Assembly: GCF_006345805.1 (NCBI RefSeq)
Contig: NC_042999.1
Location: 136,710,001-136,774,000 of the forward strand
Length of the DNA: 64,000 nucleotides
Reading direction: 5' to 3'
From: Octopus sinensis
Lineage: Eukaryota
Shown: piece by piece, positions 39,976 to 52,831 of the stretch
Layout: each line of letters opens with the position of its first letter
Numbering within the stretch: the stretch's first letter is position 1
The notes under the pieces: model-generated
What the model was told of the DNA's origin: nothing
What the model saw: the letters and a program-made list of their open reading frames with translations, nothing else
Database searches by the model: none
Position numbers and translations under genes: made by a program

Positions 39976-41257
39976 TTGCGTTGTTGTTGTTATATTTTCA
40001 ACAGCCTTGTGCATGTTTCTACTACTCCCACCAGATGCACCTCTATGTTCCAATAGTGTATGGACCATTGTCTTTTGGGCATGTATACTTCATTAGTTTT
40101 TTGTTTTTTTTGTTTTGGGCTTTATTAGTATGTAGTTAATATTATGTGGTTTAGTGTCAGGTGGTGTATTTATAACATTAATGAATGGCAAATATATAGA
40201 ATGTGAGTTGCTTGTTTTATAGTGTTTAGCACTGATCATTTATGAATATGTATTATGTAGTTGGGTGTTGATTGTAAAGAGTATGTGTTGTTATATTGTT
40301 TGGTGATGCATTTATTGTGTGTTATTTTATGTGGTAACGTTGAAAGTATGTTTTGTTTTTATATGCAGATAGTGTTCTGTTTAAGTTGTACTAGTGAATT
40401 AAAAGTGTCTTGAGTAGGCTTGTGCTGTGCCTAGTAGGATTGTCTTTTGGATTGTGTATAACATTCTAAACTTGTCTGTTTTGTTCATAATTTTTCTCAG
40501 TTATCATAGTTAGTGCACTGGCAGGAACTGAACAGTTAGAAGAATTAATGAGGTCAACTGTCACATTGTACTAGTAAAGTAATCTATACCTGATGTTAAT
40601 ATCTTTTCTCACTTTAGTTTTGTACATTTTTGTGCCTAAGCATTGGACTTATGCTGTTAAAATTGGATCTTCTATTTCTGCTTTTAGTCCAGTGCTATTG
40701 AACCATTGTTGGCATTGAATTTGGCTTGATTCCTCTCTGTTGAGGCTTATGAGATATAAGCAAGAGTGGCTTTTCCCTTTCATTTTTCCCCACTTAATTT
40801 TGGAATTTATTTTGATTTTGCCAGTTGTTCTTTTTTTTCTTTTTTTTAGCTATATCTCTTATTTAGTCTTTACTTAAATTTTTTTTCTTCAGTGTAGTTA
40901 GTTTCCTGTTTGTATTTTATCATTTTATTATTAGAGAGAACTTGTGTTTTTTTTTTTTTTTCTATTTCATGCTTTCTCATCACACTAATCAGTTTCCCTT
41001 TTCTTTCTTACTTTTAAGTGGTGTTCATATGCCACTGTTGTTTTATTTAGCTACAGAGAAAGGTATCTTCAATCTAGAAACCTAGCAGACTTTACTAAAA
41101 GCATCTTAAGTGCCAGGTCACAATGTTAAACTGGGTGATAGATCAAGTCTACCATCCAATTAGGTTATAACAGCATTTAAACTCAGAACATAAAGAACAA
41201 AGATTCAGATTCAATGTTCTTACAAGTCTGCCGATCTACCATCTTGGATATCTTTTT

Positions 41258-41478
41258 ATTTTTTACTTGTTTCAGTCATTTGACTGCAGTCATGCTGGAG
41301 CATTTATTTTTTTAGGTCCGGTACTTATGGCTTCCTCACAGTTTCTGTCTATTGAATTCAGTCACAAGGCATTGGTTAATCCAAGGCTATAATAGAAGAC
41401 ACTTGCCTGAAGTGCCTCATAGTGGGACTGAACCCAAAACCATGTGGTTGCAAAGTGACCTTCTTAATCACACAGCTA
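41258..41478 (-). mobile_element. SINE family A, internally deleted
   Basis: ttttacttgtttcagtcatttgactgcag...agtgggactgaacccaaaaccatgtggttgc. Confidence 0.75.
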
Positions 41479-42018
41479 CTTACCCTGATGAACAGCAAAG
41501 TTGTCTCCCAACAGAGTTTGAACTCAGCATTGAGTGTCAACAAATATTGTGAAGTATTCTGTCCAGTACGCCAATGACTGCCATTTCACCAGCATAAATG
41601 TATTTTCTTTGTGTTGGGGCTGCTTTATTTATGTGGCATGCCTAGAGTATCCAGTATTGTATGTTTCTCCAACATAAATCTATATTCATTAACTTATTAA
41701 CTGGATAAAAATGGATCACTTGTAATTGATCAGTTGTTTAATATTCCAGGATCAATAAAATATGTGTGATAACCCAATAGTCAACAGTTCAATTAGGTGT
41801 TTGCATGTGAAGGCCATATCTAAATCCTGTATCAGTTATCTGTCAATTGTAACAACACTGTACATTAGGTTTACCTGATATATTAAGCCATTCAAGATTT
41901 AAATGTCTGGCAAAAGTACATGGAAATATTGCATCTTGTGTGAATTTTAGATATATCAAGGTTTCGTGTTACCTTTCTACAAAATTTTGTTTTCGTATTA
42001 TTGTTAGCTTTGAGAATG

Positions 42019-42893
42019 TGCAAGGTGGTATCAAAACTTTTTAGACAAGTTCTGTAGTGCAGCAACAGATAGCAGCACATAGTTGTGTGCACAGTGAGAG
42101 CTAGCAGTGACCTTTGTGGGGCAGTGTGCTGAGGGACATTGCTGTGTTTACTTTGCAAGTAGTAAAATTTGTATTTTTGTGATTGCGTGTATGCTGTAAT
42201 CTGTGATTTGTGTCATGGACAGAAAGTTGGAACAAAGGGCCAACACGAAATTTTGCATTAAATGTGGGAAGTCTGCTACAGAGACCTTGAGTATGCTTCA
42301 ACAAGCTTATGGCAATGAGTTGTACACAATGTTTCGAGTGACATGAGTTCTTCAAAATCAGAAGAATGTCTCTGGAAGATGATGAGCAATCTGGGAAATG
42401 TTGAGAAAATTCATCAGCTTGTGCCTGAGGATCGTCAGAGGACAATCAATAACATTACTGATGTTGTTGGTCTACCATATGGGTCCATGCAGGCAATCCT
42501 AATGTTTGGATTCTTCATGACGACCATGCACCCTGTCACCAAGCTCTCCTACTTCATGACTTTCTCTCCAAAGACAACATGGTATCACTTCCGCACCTGC
42601 CCTATTCACCAGATTTAGCACCTGCAGACTCCATCCCTTCCCAAAGATAAAAATGCTGCTCAAAAGTTGCCATTTTAACATCATTGTTGAGATCCAGAGC
42701 AAATTGCAGGTGGTCCTTGACTTACTTACAGAAAATGACTTCCAGGATGGATTCCAAAAGTGGCAGAAATGCTGGGACTAGTGTATTGTTGCACAAAGTG
42801 ACTATTTCAAAGGAAATGATGTTAAAATGTAGGTAAATAAGTTACTTTTTATTTAACATAACTAGTCTGGGAACTCTTTGATATCACCTTGTA
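42019..42893 (+). mobile_element. Internally deleted mariner with both TIRs
   Basis: TIRs caaggtggtatcaaaactttttagacaagtt / aactagtctgggaactctttgatatcaccttg|ta. Peptide MDRKLEQRANTKFC..CGKSATET...WILHDDHAPCH...PHLPYSPDLAPAD. Confidence 0.9.
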
Positions 42894-45800
42894 AATGGTT
42901 AAATGAAATGATGAACAAAAAACTAGCCCAGCAGGTCAGCAATTTATATCCTGCTGGTGGTACAGCTTTATGTTTGGAAAAGACAAATAGCTACCAAGGT
43001 GCAGCCCACCTTACTGTAAACAGGTACTATGAGATTTTATAATTGGCCATTGTAAGCAGTACTGCGCAGTAAAATTGATGACTGATACACTAATTTTATG
43101 TATTTAATTCAATTCTTCCCATAGTAAAAAAAATAATTACAATGAACCAATAGCCTATCCAAGTGATAATTTGGCGACCATTTATTTAATAAAAACGAAA
43201 ATAAGCACTCACTTTATAAACACCTTGACTTGAAAAAGATGACTATTATCTAAAAAAAAATAGTCTGAAATTTGCAATATACAAAAATTGATTCAGTCTT
43301 AGTATTAACCAACTATTAATTGTTGTTTCTCAGTTATTTGTTCATCTCGTCTGTTGTGTGTTCATTTCTCCATTGTGTTTTCATCTTTCTGTGCTTTCCT
43401 CATGACCTTCTGTATTAATCTCTTGCATTTGTTCATTTCTCTGTTCTTTGTTCATCTCTATTCTGTGTTCACCCCTCTATTCTGTATGTTTCTTTGTTCT
43501 GTGTCCCATTCTCTATAGTAAGTTAATTTCTCTACTTTCTTTGTTCATGCTCCTGGTGTGTGTTAGGCTCTCTTGTTTGTTAACCTCCATCATTTTTCTC
43601 ATCTCACTGTTGTTGGGGCCTCACTGATTTGTGTTTATTGTTGTCTGTTTGTTCAGAGTTTCCCTTTCTTTCTTTCTCTCTCTCTCTCCCACATACACAC
43701 ACCCTGTTGTGCCTTCATCAGTATAGTGTTTTTATGTGCCCTTGTGTGCTAGTGTTTATCTTATGTAATATGTAAATATCTTTATAGTTTCTTCATCTCC
43801 TTCTCATCTCTCCATTGTTCCAGCACACTGTTGTTTGTTTATGAAGGCTAAGAATAAAATTATTTATGTTTTTGTTATATCAAAGATACCATAGATATTC
43901 ATGTTTGTTGCAATTGATAGTTGTTGATTGAAAAGTTGTTCTAGTCTTGAAGGCAATGAAGGACATAGGTAACTAACAGTGGGGAAATATTGTAATTAGT
44001 GTTTCTTTAAGCCCAAAATCTTACCTTTTTAAATTATTGGTAATTCTCTACATAATGCACATGTATATATGCAATTATGCACTTTGATTAAACATGGAAA
44101 TTTTACACCCTCATTAGTCTAAATCTTTTCATCATGCCTAAAATTTTATTATATGTAGGGAGTATAAATTTGAATCAAAACTAAGATTCTTATATTTAAA
44201 AACCTACAATTTAAAATGTTATATTTAAATTAACACAGTTGACAAAGTATATAGTTATAATGTTATGGATAAAAATAGCTAGAAATTTATTGGAAATAAG
44301 ATCAAAATAAGAAAATTGTCGGCAGGAAAAAAGGAACCAGTCGGGGAATTACATGCATACAAAAATGGATAGAATAAAGAAAAGCAGAAAGAAATGAAAA
44401 AGCAAAAGGATGAAAAGAAAGAATTTGAGGTGGATAGCATGTGTTTGCATATTGATACATTATGATAAAACAATACTAGAAGACAGTATGGAAAAAGTAT
44501 ATATGAGAAAGAAAGGAAAAATATAAAATTAGGTTGAAAAGGAAAGAGAACAAAAATAGGCTTGTTATTATGAAGAGGAGAGAGGGAAGTAAACGCATGA
44601 AAGTATATAAGTCAGAGAGACTCAGAAATGTCACAAAATAAAAATAGAAAGAAAATGAGAAATGGAGAGGAAGGCTTAAGTGTTAACAGTACATAGAAAA
44701 CAGTCGATCAATCCTTAAATAATAATAAAGTTATAGACAAAACAGATTTATGTTCTTTTTCCTTTTTTTTTTTTTTGATAAAAGAATATATCACTTTACC
44801 AAAATTCTTTAGTTTATGTAGTTTATGTAGACAATTTCTTTGAACAACACTTAACTTACAGAATGCCTTTGACACAAAGATTCTGAATATTTAGAGCACT
44901 TCAAAATCAAAAAATGCTTTTAAATTTCATATAAATTGCACCTGTATGTAAGTAAATAATATTTAGCCTATAAGTAGAATATAACACCATAGAATGTGCT
45001 TGTTTCAGTCTTAGAAATTGAAAAGTGAATGAAATTTCTAGCATGGAAACTTTCTTAGGTGCACAGGCAACATGATCTAGAACCTCCAGACTATAGTTTT
45101 ACAAATTTGAATACTGATTACAGTAAATCAAGTTCATAGTACATCATTCAGTCTCTAGATATGCTGTGATAGAGAAATATTTATTTTCTATGGATACCTA
45201 AAAGAATATGTATGCTGAATGTATTCACTTTTAAAGGTCTGTTCTCATTAATCTAAATCCATTCTCATTAATCTAAATCCTTTCTCTCTGATCTCCTTGC
45301 TGCCAACTCCTTACTGAGTTATTTTCTGTCAAGTGGTCATGCGTTAATATTGGAATAATTACATTGTGGTAAATATATAATGGAAGTTTTTTACTATCAT
45401 TTCTTTGAGTGATATATATTGAGATAGTCTAGAAAGCTGTTCTGCTATGTGAGGTATTACACAGGATGTGCTATATTTCTAAATGAAAAGTATTCCCTTT
45501 TTAAGCATTGTTGTTGTAAGACAATACATAGGAGTAAAATTTCATCAGATGAAAATGGTGTATCCAATATTTTTTCAGATGACTGATATCATTAACTAAA
45601 TTCTTTGCTATTATGGGATTATAACTGGAGGATTTATTTATTAATTGCAATTTTTTCTTTGGCTTCCTACAAGAACTGATTGTAATTCTCAAACTCTCTA
45701 AAACAAAAATCTTTCCTAAATCTATCAAGGTGGTGGTCATTCATATGGCCATCATCTCTATAAGGCCTAAATCTTTGGGATAGAACATCTGAAGCAAATC

Positions 45801-47027
45801 TAAATTATATAATGCTCTACCCTACAAACTTCAGCTCATTGTATAAGCCTTTAGCCACATTAAATAGCTCACCATAATAATATTTAACCTGAAAGCTATC
45901 CTGAAAAAATAATGAAGACCTCTTGACATGCTTGATAAGACTAATTTCAAAACATTAATGGGGATAATGTTCTTGCAAAATACTAAATATGATGAAGAGA
46001 TGGCTTGGAAATGGATGACGAAAATTCCTGTGTCAAAGTGGGTGAATATTTAAGTATATTTATTGTCTATTTGGTTAAACAAAATAATTTCAGCTGAGTT
46101 ATTTATCCATAAAGGCAAATGTGATGTAACTAATTTTTAAGATAATTATGTCTAAAATGTTTTCTAACTATATAACCCAGTTTGCTTTTTGCCAGGTTAA
46201 TGATCCTGCTCTTGCAATCAGCTAAAAAATTAGCCTTTTGATCTTTAAATGCAAGATTTTACATAGTGCTACACATTCAGTTCTATCAACTGTTTTACCT
46301 TTGGTAGCTAATGTTCGAGCCTTTTTATTAATTTTGTGATAAGTACCAATGCTTATTTTTCTGTGTATTTGTAATGTTACTTGAAAAAATCCTAGAATGT
46401 ATGAAATGTCAGTCTCATAAACATTAATGACAGCTCAGAATATACAGATATTTTCCAAATATCTTTAAGAATTTTTGTCTTTTTTTTTTATTTAATGTTC
46501 TTGGAAAGTGTTCACCAGAGAACAAAGTTTTACCTTTCTAATAGTTTGAAAGAGTTAGTTCTCCCCACCCAATAATTTACTATGCAGATGAAAATTTCTT
46601 CTTCACAAGCTTCATTTTTGATCATAGAGAAGCACCAGTTTAATTATGAGAGAAATAGGTTTTGCAGTGCATTCAGATCTGGTGGGGGGGGGGGGGGTTA
46701 AATTGAACATTTAAACTGGGTAGTCTAGGAGAGGCATGAAAAATCTTTTGTGAGTATGAAACTGGGTGCTGATACACCCTCAGTTAAAAGTTGTTTATAA
46801 AAACTACTCCAGAATTTGTGTGTGTGTTAATATTGAACAATGACAATGAGTGTTCAACACTACATTGGTGGATAAAGATTCTTAATTTGTGGGTTAACAA
46901 GATGGAGATAAATAACAACATCCTATGTGGCAGGCTTGATATTTGCTGAGAAATTTTCTCTTGGCATGAAACCAATGGTAGCCTTGTGGACCCACAAATA
47001 AAGTGTGTGTGTGTATAGACATATATC

Positions 47028-47063
<36 letters not shown>

Positions 47064-47308
47064 CGGGGGCAAGAGAGAGAGATAATATTCAATCCATAGT
47101 CACTAGTTCAACAAAATTTATATTCCCTTTCACCTATGGCTCATACGGAACTCATGGTTTCTGATGAGCCATGGGCAAAACAATATATATTTTGTTGGAC
47201 TAATTATTATAGATTAAATATTTTTTATTCACTCTCAAATTTATCTTTGAGTACTTTATTCTAAGTGGTCAGGTATAGCTTCTTTTTGAATTTGTCAGCT
47301 CCTATATG

Positions 47309-47345
<37 letters not shown>

Positions 47346-47350
<5 letters not shown>

Positions 47351-48135
47351 GTGGTGCCAGGTCATCAGTGTCATTTGTCATAGGTTTCATCGCTCAGGCT
47401 CATCAAAAATTTTGCATAAGACACATGCCTGCTCAAAGAATTTCACGTTTTACCACAATATTTCTAGCCACAAATAACTTACTTTTTATATCTCACACTA
47501 TGCCTTTCTCCATTTCTAAGTTAAGCGTAAAAATAAAGCACCCTGCAAAACACAACTGATCTTTACACACAGACGCACAGAATAACAACAATCAAATAAC
47601 AACAGCAGAGTGCACAACAAACATCAACGGCCTGAATGTCACCTGTACTCTTGACAAGGGATGCCAGTTAGTTTTTTACACCTACTAGACTCATTCGTAT
47701 TAACCTGAGTTGTTGGATAATTTTTCATTCCTTTAAGAATATTGTAGAATGGAAACTTTTCATAGATTGCAATTTAAATCTTAATCTCTATAGAAATTTA
47801 TTGTTTCAAGAAAACATTGAATTTGTATTACTTTTAATTTTTGCCGTCTCAGGCAGTAACTTCCAAGCCTGAGTAAGGTGCGTGTGAACGATGTTGAGAG
47901 AACATCTGCTACAAATATTTTTTGATACAGGACACCTCTAAGACAATCACCAAATGCTGAACGAAAATAAATTAACTGCGACTAGGCTCAATAAAAGGAG
48001 CCCAAGTTATTGTCTGAAATTACATACTTGAAGTCAGTGTTGACAGAAATTAAATCAGCTTACAAATACATGCTCACTTTACTAAATTTATGCTTGGGCT
48101 AATCCCAAACAGCTCAAGTGCCAGAGTTGCCACTG
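47346..48135. mobile_element. Putative non-autonomous hAT-like element inserted in a (TA)n tract
   Basis: Imperfect termini cagaggtggtgccagg / ccagagttgccactg. Flanks atatatat / atacatat. No coding capacity. Confidence 0.45.
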
Positions 48136-48169
48136 ATACATATATATGTATACACACAAACACATTTCT

Positions 48170-48365
48170 AATAAAGGTACAATCCCCAAATTTTGGTAAA
48201 TCAAGTGAATCAACCTTAGTATTTCATTGGCACTTATTTTATCAATCTCAGAAGAATGAAATGTAAAGTCAACCTCAGTAGAATTTTTAATTTAGAAGTA
48301 AAGGTATATAATTAAATACGGAAAATCATTTCGTTCATCATTTTACTAATTTTGGCAATCTGCCA
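48170..48365 (-). mobile_element. SINE family B, reverse
   Basis: ggcacttattttatcaatctcagaagaatgaaatgtaaagtcaacctcagtagaattt. Confidence 0.65.
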
Positions 48366-49389
48366 CACTTAACAGTTAATTTTATACTGTCATTATTTCA
48401 TAGTCATTATTCAGTTTTGCATTACCACTTTTCACCACAACTATAATTTAATTATAATATATAAGTTTATATAGGGTCTATATGTATGTACACATATTTA
48501 CACACATACCTGTATAAATATATGTGTGTGTATATATATATATATACATATGCATGTATGCATACACACGCACATGCTCATGTATCTTTACATACATGTA
48601 CACACACATCTCAATGTGATTGTAGCCTCGATGGCATAAATAATCTAAAAAACTAAATAACTTTATATCTATGTGTGTATGTATGGCTGACTGAATTTAT
48701 GAGAAAACAACATTAATGATGGCATCTTCGCTACTTTATCATTCAGTTATGCACATATCTGTTGCAAACAAGCAGTCTTTGATTTGACTAAAGAAGGAAA
48801 AATTTTGTTCTCTTTTTGATATTTATCATAATTATTATCATTATTAATACTTCACATATATTATTGAATATGGGTTTGTGTGTGTGTTTTGGTTGGTTGG
48901 TTGGTTTTAGCTTTCTAATTTTGCCTGACTTTTCACCAAATCTATGAAATTAATGCCTAAACTTGTGATTGTCAACTTATTTCAAACTTTCGCTGACAAA
49001 AATGGAAGAACATTTTCTATATTGTTTTTATTATATACTTTTTAACCTTCATGTAGTATCTGTCTTTATTTTTTTAATTTAAGATTTCCTGAAATTAATT
49101 AAATCAGAACTCTTTTATAATTATTCTTGTAATATTTCTTCATGTTCCTGAAGCTAAAGTTCAAAAAATTTCTAGAGGGAATTAATAAATGTCATTATAA
49201 ATAATATAGTATGAATGAGTCCAAAGACCTTGTTTTGGTTATGCGACAGTGTGTTAATAAATAAAAATTATTCTGTATTATTGGAACAGTAGTTTTCATA
49301 CAATTTTATTTAAAATTCTATTGAAAGATTAACCCGAAATTTGATTATTTTACATCTTCAGTTTATTGATCAATACTTCTTTTAAATAG

Positions 49390-49545
49390 ATGATGTTGAA
49401 AGTCCGACTACCTCTTTTAATGATGGTCTCTGGCATAGTTTTCTCATAGCAATTGACTCTAGTAAAGTTAACTGCACTGTGGACCGGAATTCCAAGGTGT
49501 CTGTTAGAGTCTTGGATGTCAAAGCTGGGGCAGACTACTTTTTAG
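49390..49545 (+). CDS. Nrx-IV: Exon G: laminin-G domain 2 (middle)
   Basis: aaatag|AT...TTAG|gtaag. NDVESPTTSFNDGLWHSFLIAIDSSKVNCTVDRNSKVSVRVLDVKAGADYFL(G), with the NDGxWH motif. 156 bp, phase 1->1. Confidence 0.93.
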
Positions 49546-50573
49546 GTAAGAATTTATTATATATTTGTTCATTAATGTCTGCTTTTCCATGTTAGCATTA
49601 GTTTGGACGAAGAATTATTTGAGAGTGGATTTTATTACCTATTTTCAGGTAAGGGATGTTTTATTCCTGAGGTTTTCATAATGTAAACAAAAAATATCAA
49701 TGTCACCACTCTTTTGCTCAATCAGTGACAAGTGTGGATTCATGCATTCATGCGCATTCACATACATATTCACACACAATGGGTTTGCAGCTTCTGTCAG
49801 CTCAATTTTCTCAAAAGGTATTGGTCAGCACCTGGGCTAGAGTAGAAGACATTTACCAATGATGCTGTGCTATGGGGCCAAACCTAAAATTATGGGGGTT
49901 TTAAAGTGAATGTGTGCATGTGTTCTTGTTCTGAACTAACTTGGGGGTTGTAACTCCTAAAGAAAACACATCATGATGTGATCATGATATCAACCTGGCT
50001 GTGTTTCATTCAGTTTGTCAGTATGTAAATTATTCTTTTGACTATTTTAAAAAAGAATTACATAATTTTTGGTTTAAAACATTGGAAACCTTTCACATAT
50101 TACCATATCTTAACACACAGTAACAATTAAAGAAACATACTGGCTCTCTTTAACTATGCAGTCTTCCATTCTAAATTCTGTTGGATGGCACAGTTAAAAC
50201 AACTTTTCTGCAAAATGGCCTGCTGGAATTTATATCTTAACTTGTGGAGAACATATGCTGATTTGAAATCAGAGCTTCATGACTTCATCATACAAACTTC
50301 ATTTGATTTGTCATTTCTGACCTTGCCAAAATAAAATCTACAGGGTATGATTAGTAGATTCAAGGAAGAAATGTTGTATGTGATAAAATTATATTGCATA
50401 AAGAAGAAATATCACAATAGTATTCCACTTTCTTCAGTGTTTAATACATTATAAGTCAATACAAGAAAGATAACCAACTAGGGTCGGAAGAGTACCAGAA
50501 GCCAAAGACACCATGACACCATGTAGATTAAAGTGAGCTGTTCGCCAATATGTTTATACACACACACAGTATT

Positions 50574-50760
50574 AAGTCAGGAGGTATGAGATGAATATAT
50601 TTATTTCATCAGTTGATATCCATAGTACAATGGCCATTTCGCAGCCAATATAATGCAAAAATGATAAATTATTTTTGCAAAGCATTGGCTGCAAAAATGG
50701 CTGTCATCCTATGAATATCAACTGGTGAAATAAATATATTCATCTCATACCTCCTGACTT
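50574..50760. repeat. 187-bp near-perfect palindrome (foldback)
   Basis: aagtcaggaggtatgagatgaatatatttatttca... mirrored by ...tgaaataaatatattcatctcatacctcctgactt. Arms ~90 bp with a tiny loop. Confidence 0.95.
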
Positions 50761-50987
50761 TCTTTATATTCTATATACCCCTCATGAAATATTCTTCACT
50801 GTTTGGATTTACTGGATTTCAACTGCATAGGTTCTACATTACACTCTTATGTATTGTTTTACTATGTGGTATGTAGCTGGGTCCACTAATGTAGCTTTTT
50901 TGTGATTTCCACTGGCTTATATAAGTCCATATACTGTACATTATATATGTGTGTGTGTGTGCGTGTATATATATATATATATATATC

Positions 50988-51329
50988 AAAAGTAAAAGAC
51001 CCCCTTCGGTCATGAATGACCATGGGATTGCACCTAGAAAGTTCCCCTCCAAGGCACAAGTCCAGGCAAGGTTGTTTTATGGAAACCCAACAGTCACCCA
51101 TGCATACCAGTCTAGCCTCTCCACACCACTGATATTATCCAAGAGAAAGGCAAAGGCCAATACAGCTTGGCATTGGTGACATCACAACTCGATTTTACAG
51201 CTGAGTGAACTGGGACAACATGAAATATAGTGTCTTGCTCAAGAACACAACACACAGCCCACTCTAGGAATTGAACTAACTACCTCATGATTGTGAGCCC
51301 AATGCTCTAACCACTGAGCCATGTACCTT

Positions 51330-51331
<2 letters not shown>
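50988..51331 (-). mobile_element. tRNA-derived SINE with a family C-type head
   Basis: cagctgagtgaactgg...gtgtcttgctcaagaacacaac...ctctaaccactgagccatgtaccttcac, shared with 25340-25584. Confidence 0.8.
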
Positions 51332-51392
<61 letters not shown>

Positions 51393-52025
51393 GACCCGGC
51401 AGGACAAGTGAGTCCACAACCCGTGGCCTTCTACATGGGATGGAGCCAGCCTACGTATGCATACCTTCCCTTCTTGGGACACAAAACTCTACTTGTGAAG
51501 ACGTGTTGAGGCAAGTGAGGATCAGAATCGAAATCGATCAATGGAAATTGCGGATGTGCTACCAGTGCCGGTGGCATGTCGAAACTCTGCTTGTGAAGAC
51601 CCATTGAGGCAAGTGAGGATCAGAATCGAAATCGATCAATGGAAATCGATCAATGGAAATTGCAGATGTGTTACCAGTGCCGGTGGCATGTAAAAGAACT
51701 TTCCGTTTCGCGACCGTTGCCAGCACCGCCCCGTTTCGTGTCCGTTGCCAGCCTTGCCTGGCCCTCGTGCCGGTGGCACATAAAAAGCACCATCCGTTCG
51801 TGGCCGTTTGCCAGCTCTGTCTGGCACCAGTGCGGGTGGCACGTAAAAAGCACCCACTACACTCACGGAGTGGTTGGCGTTAGGAAGGGCATCCAGCCGT
51901 AGAAACACTGCCAGATTTGACTGGGCCTGATGAAGCCTTCTGGCTTCACAGACCCCAGTAGAACCGTCCAACCCATGCTAGCATGGAAAACGGACGCTAA
52001 ATGATGATGATGATGATGATGATGA
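51393..52025 (+). mobile_element. Young, CpG-rich RTE LINE 3' end with (GAT)n tail
   Basis: gacccggcagg...ttggcgttaggaagggcatccagccgtagaaac...gcatggaaaacggacgctaaa(tga)n. Has an internal ~75-bp duplication and is flanked by (TA)n on both sides. Confidence 0.85.
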
Positions 52026-52082
<57 letters not shown>

Positions 52083-52574
52083 ATATATCCCCTAACCCAC
52101 TTCTCATGTCTCATTTTCTCATCCACCCTTACAACCTCTACCCACCTGTACTCTCTGTTCTCCTGTCTCCACTCATTTCTACTCATTTCATACCCTGACA
52201 CTTCATCAGCAATATTTTATCTCTTTCCAACTCCGCTCCAATTACCCCCACCCTGTCTTCTTTAATGGAAATAGCCATGTAACTTCTCTACAGTAAGAAA
52301 CTTGTTCTGTTCTGGTGCATTCTTTCTTTTCCTAGCATATTGTCATCTCCCTCCACTCAGTCAAAGAAGATTTTAGTCTTGCAAGCTGCATGGCAACCTC
52401 ATAGTGCTAGTGCCATAAAAAAAAATCACCTAGTACACACTATAAAGTGCTTAGTGTTAGGAAGGGTATCCAGCTGTAGAAACCATGCCAATGCACAAGG
52501 CATTTCTTGGATTCAGCAGACCCTGTCAAACAATCCAGTTCATGTCAACATGTAACATAGATGTTTAATGATGA

Positions 52575-52629
<55 letters not shown>

Positions 52630-52648
52630 AGAACTTATTTTGACAGCC

Positions 52649-52699
52649 AGCTTCCTGAAGATTTCATCTGAATGAAACAGTTCTAGTCCTGTAGAAGCT
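52649..52699 (+). ncRNA. Putative type I hammerhead ribozyme motif (Penelope-like/retrozyme type)
   Basis: AGCTTC-CTGAAGA-tTTCatctGAAt-GAAA-CAG-ttctagtc-CT-GTA-GAAGCT. All core nucleotides are present, with a 6-bp stem I, a 3-bp stem II closed by U-U, stem III ACAG/CTGT and a GUA cleavage triplet. Confidence 0.7.
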
Positions 52700-52781
52700 C
52701 CTTCTATAAAATAAATTACTTTACTCTACTATGTATTGAGTACCTTATTTACTGTGGTTAACCCCGAATCAACCTGGGACC

Positions 52782-52831
<50 letters not shown>

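Noticed and set aside
40000-41100. Possible Penelope-like coding remnant on the minus strand
   Set aside because: Only compositional skew; no recognisable RT or GIY-YIG motif could be read.
49362-49389. Alternative upstream acceptor for exon G (similarly 57521 for exon J)
   Set aside because: Offsets of 28 and 35 nt shift the reading frame.
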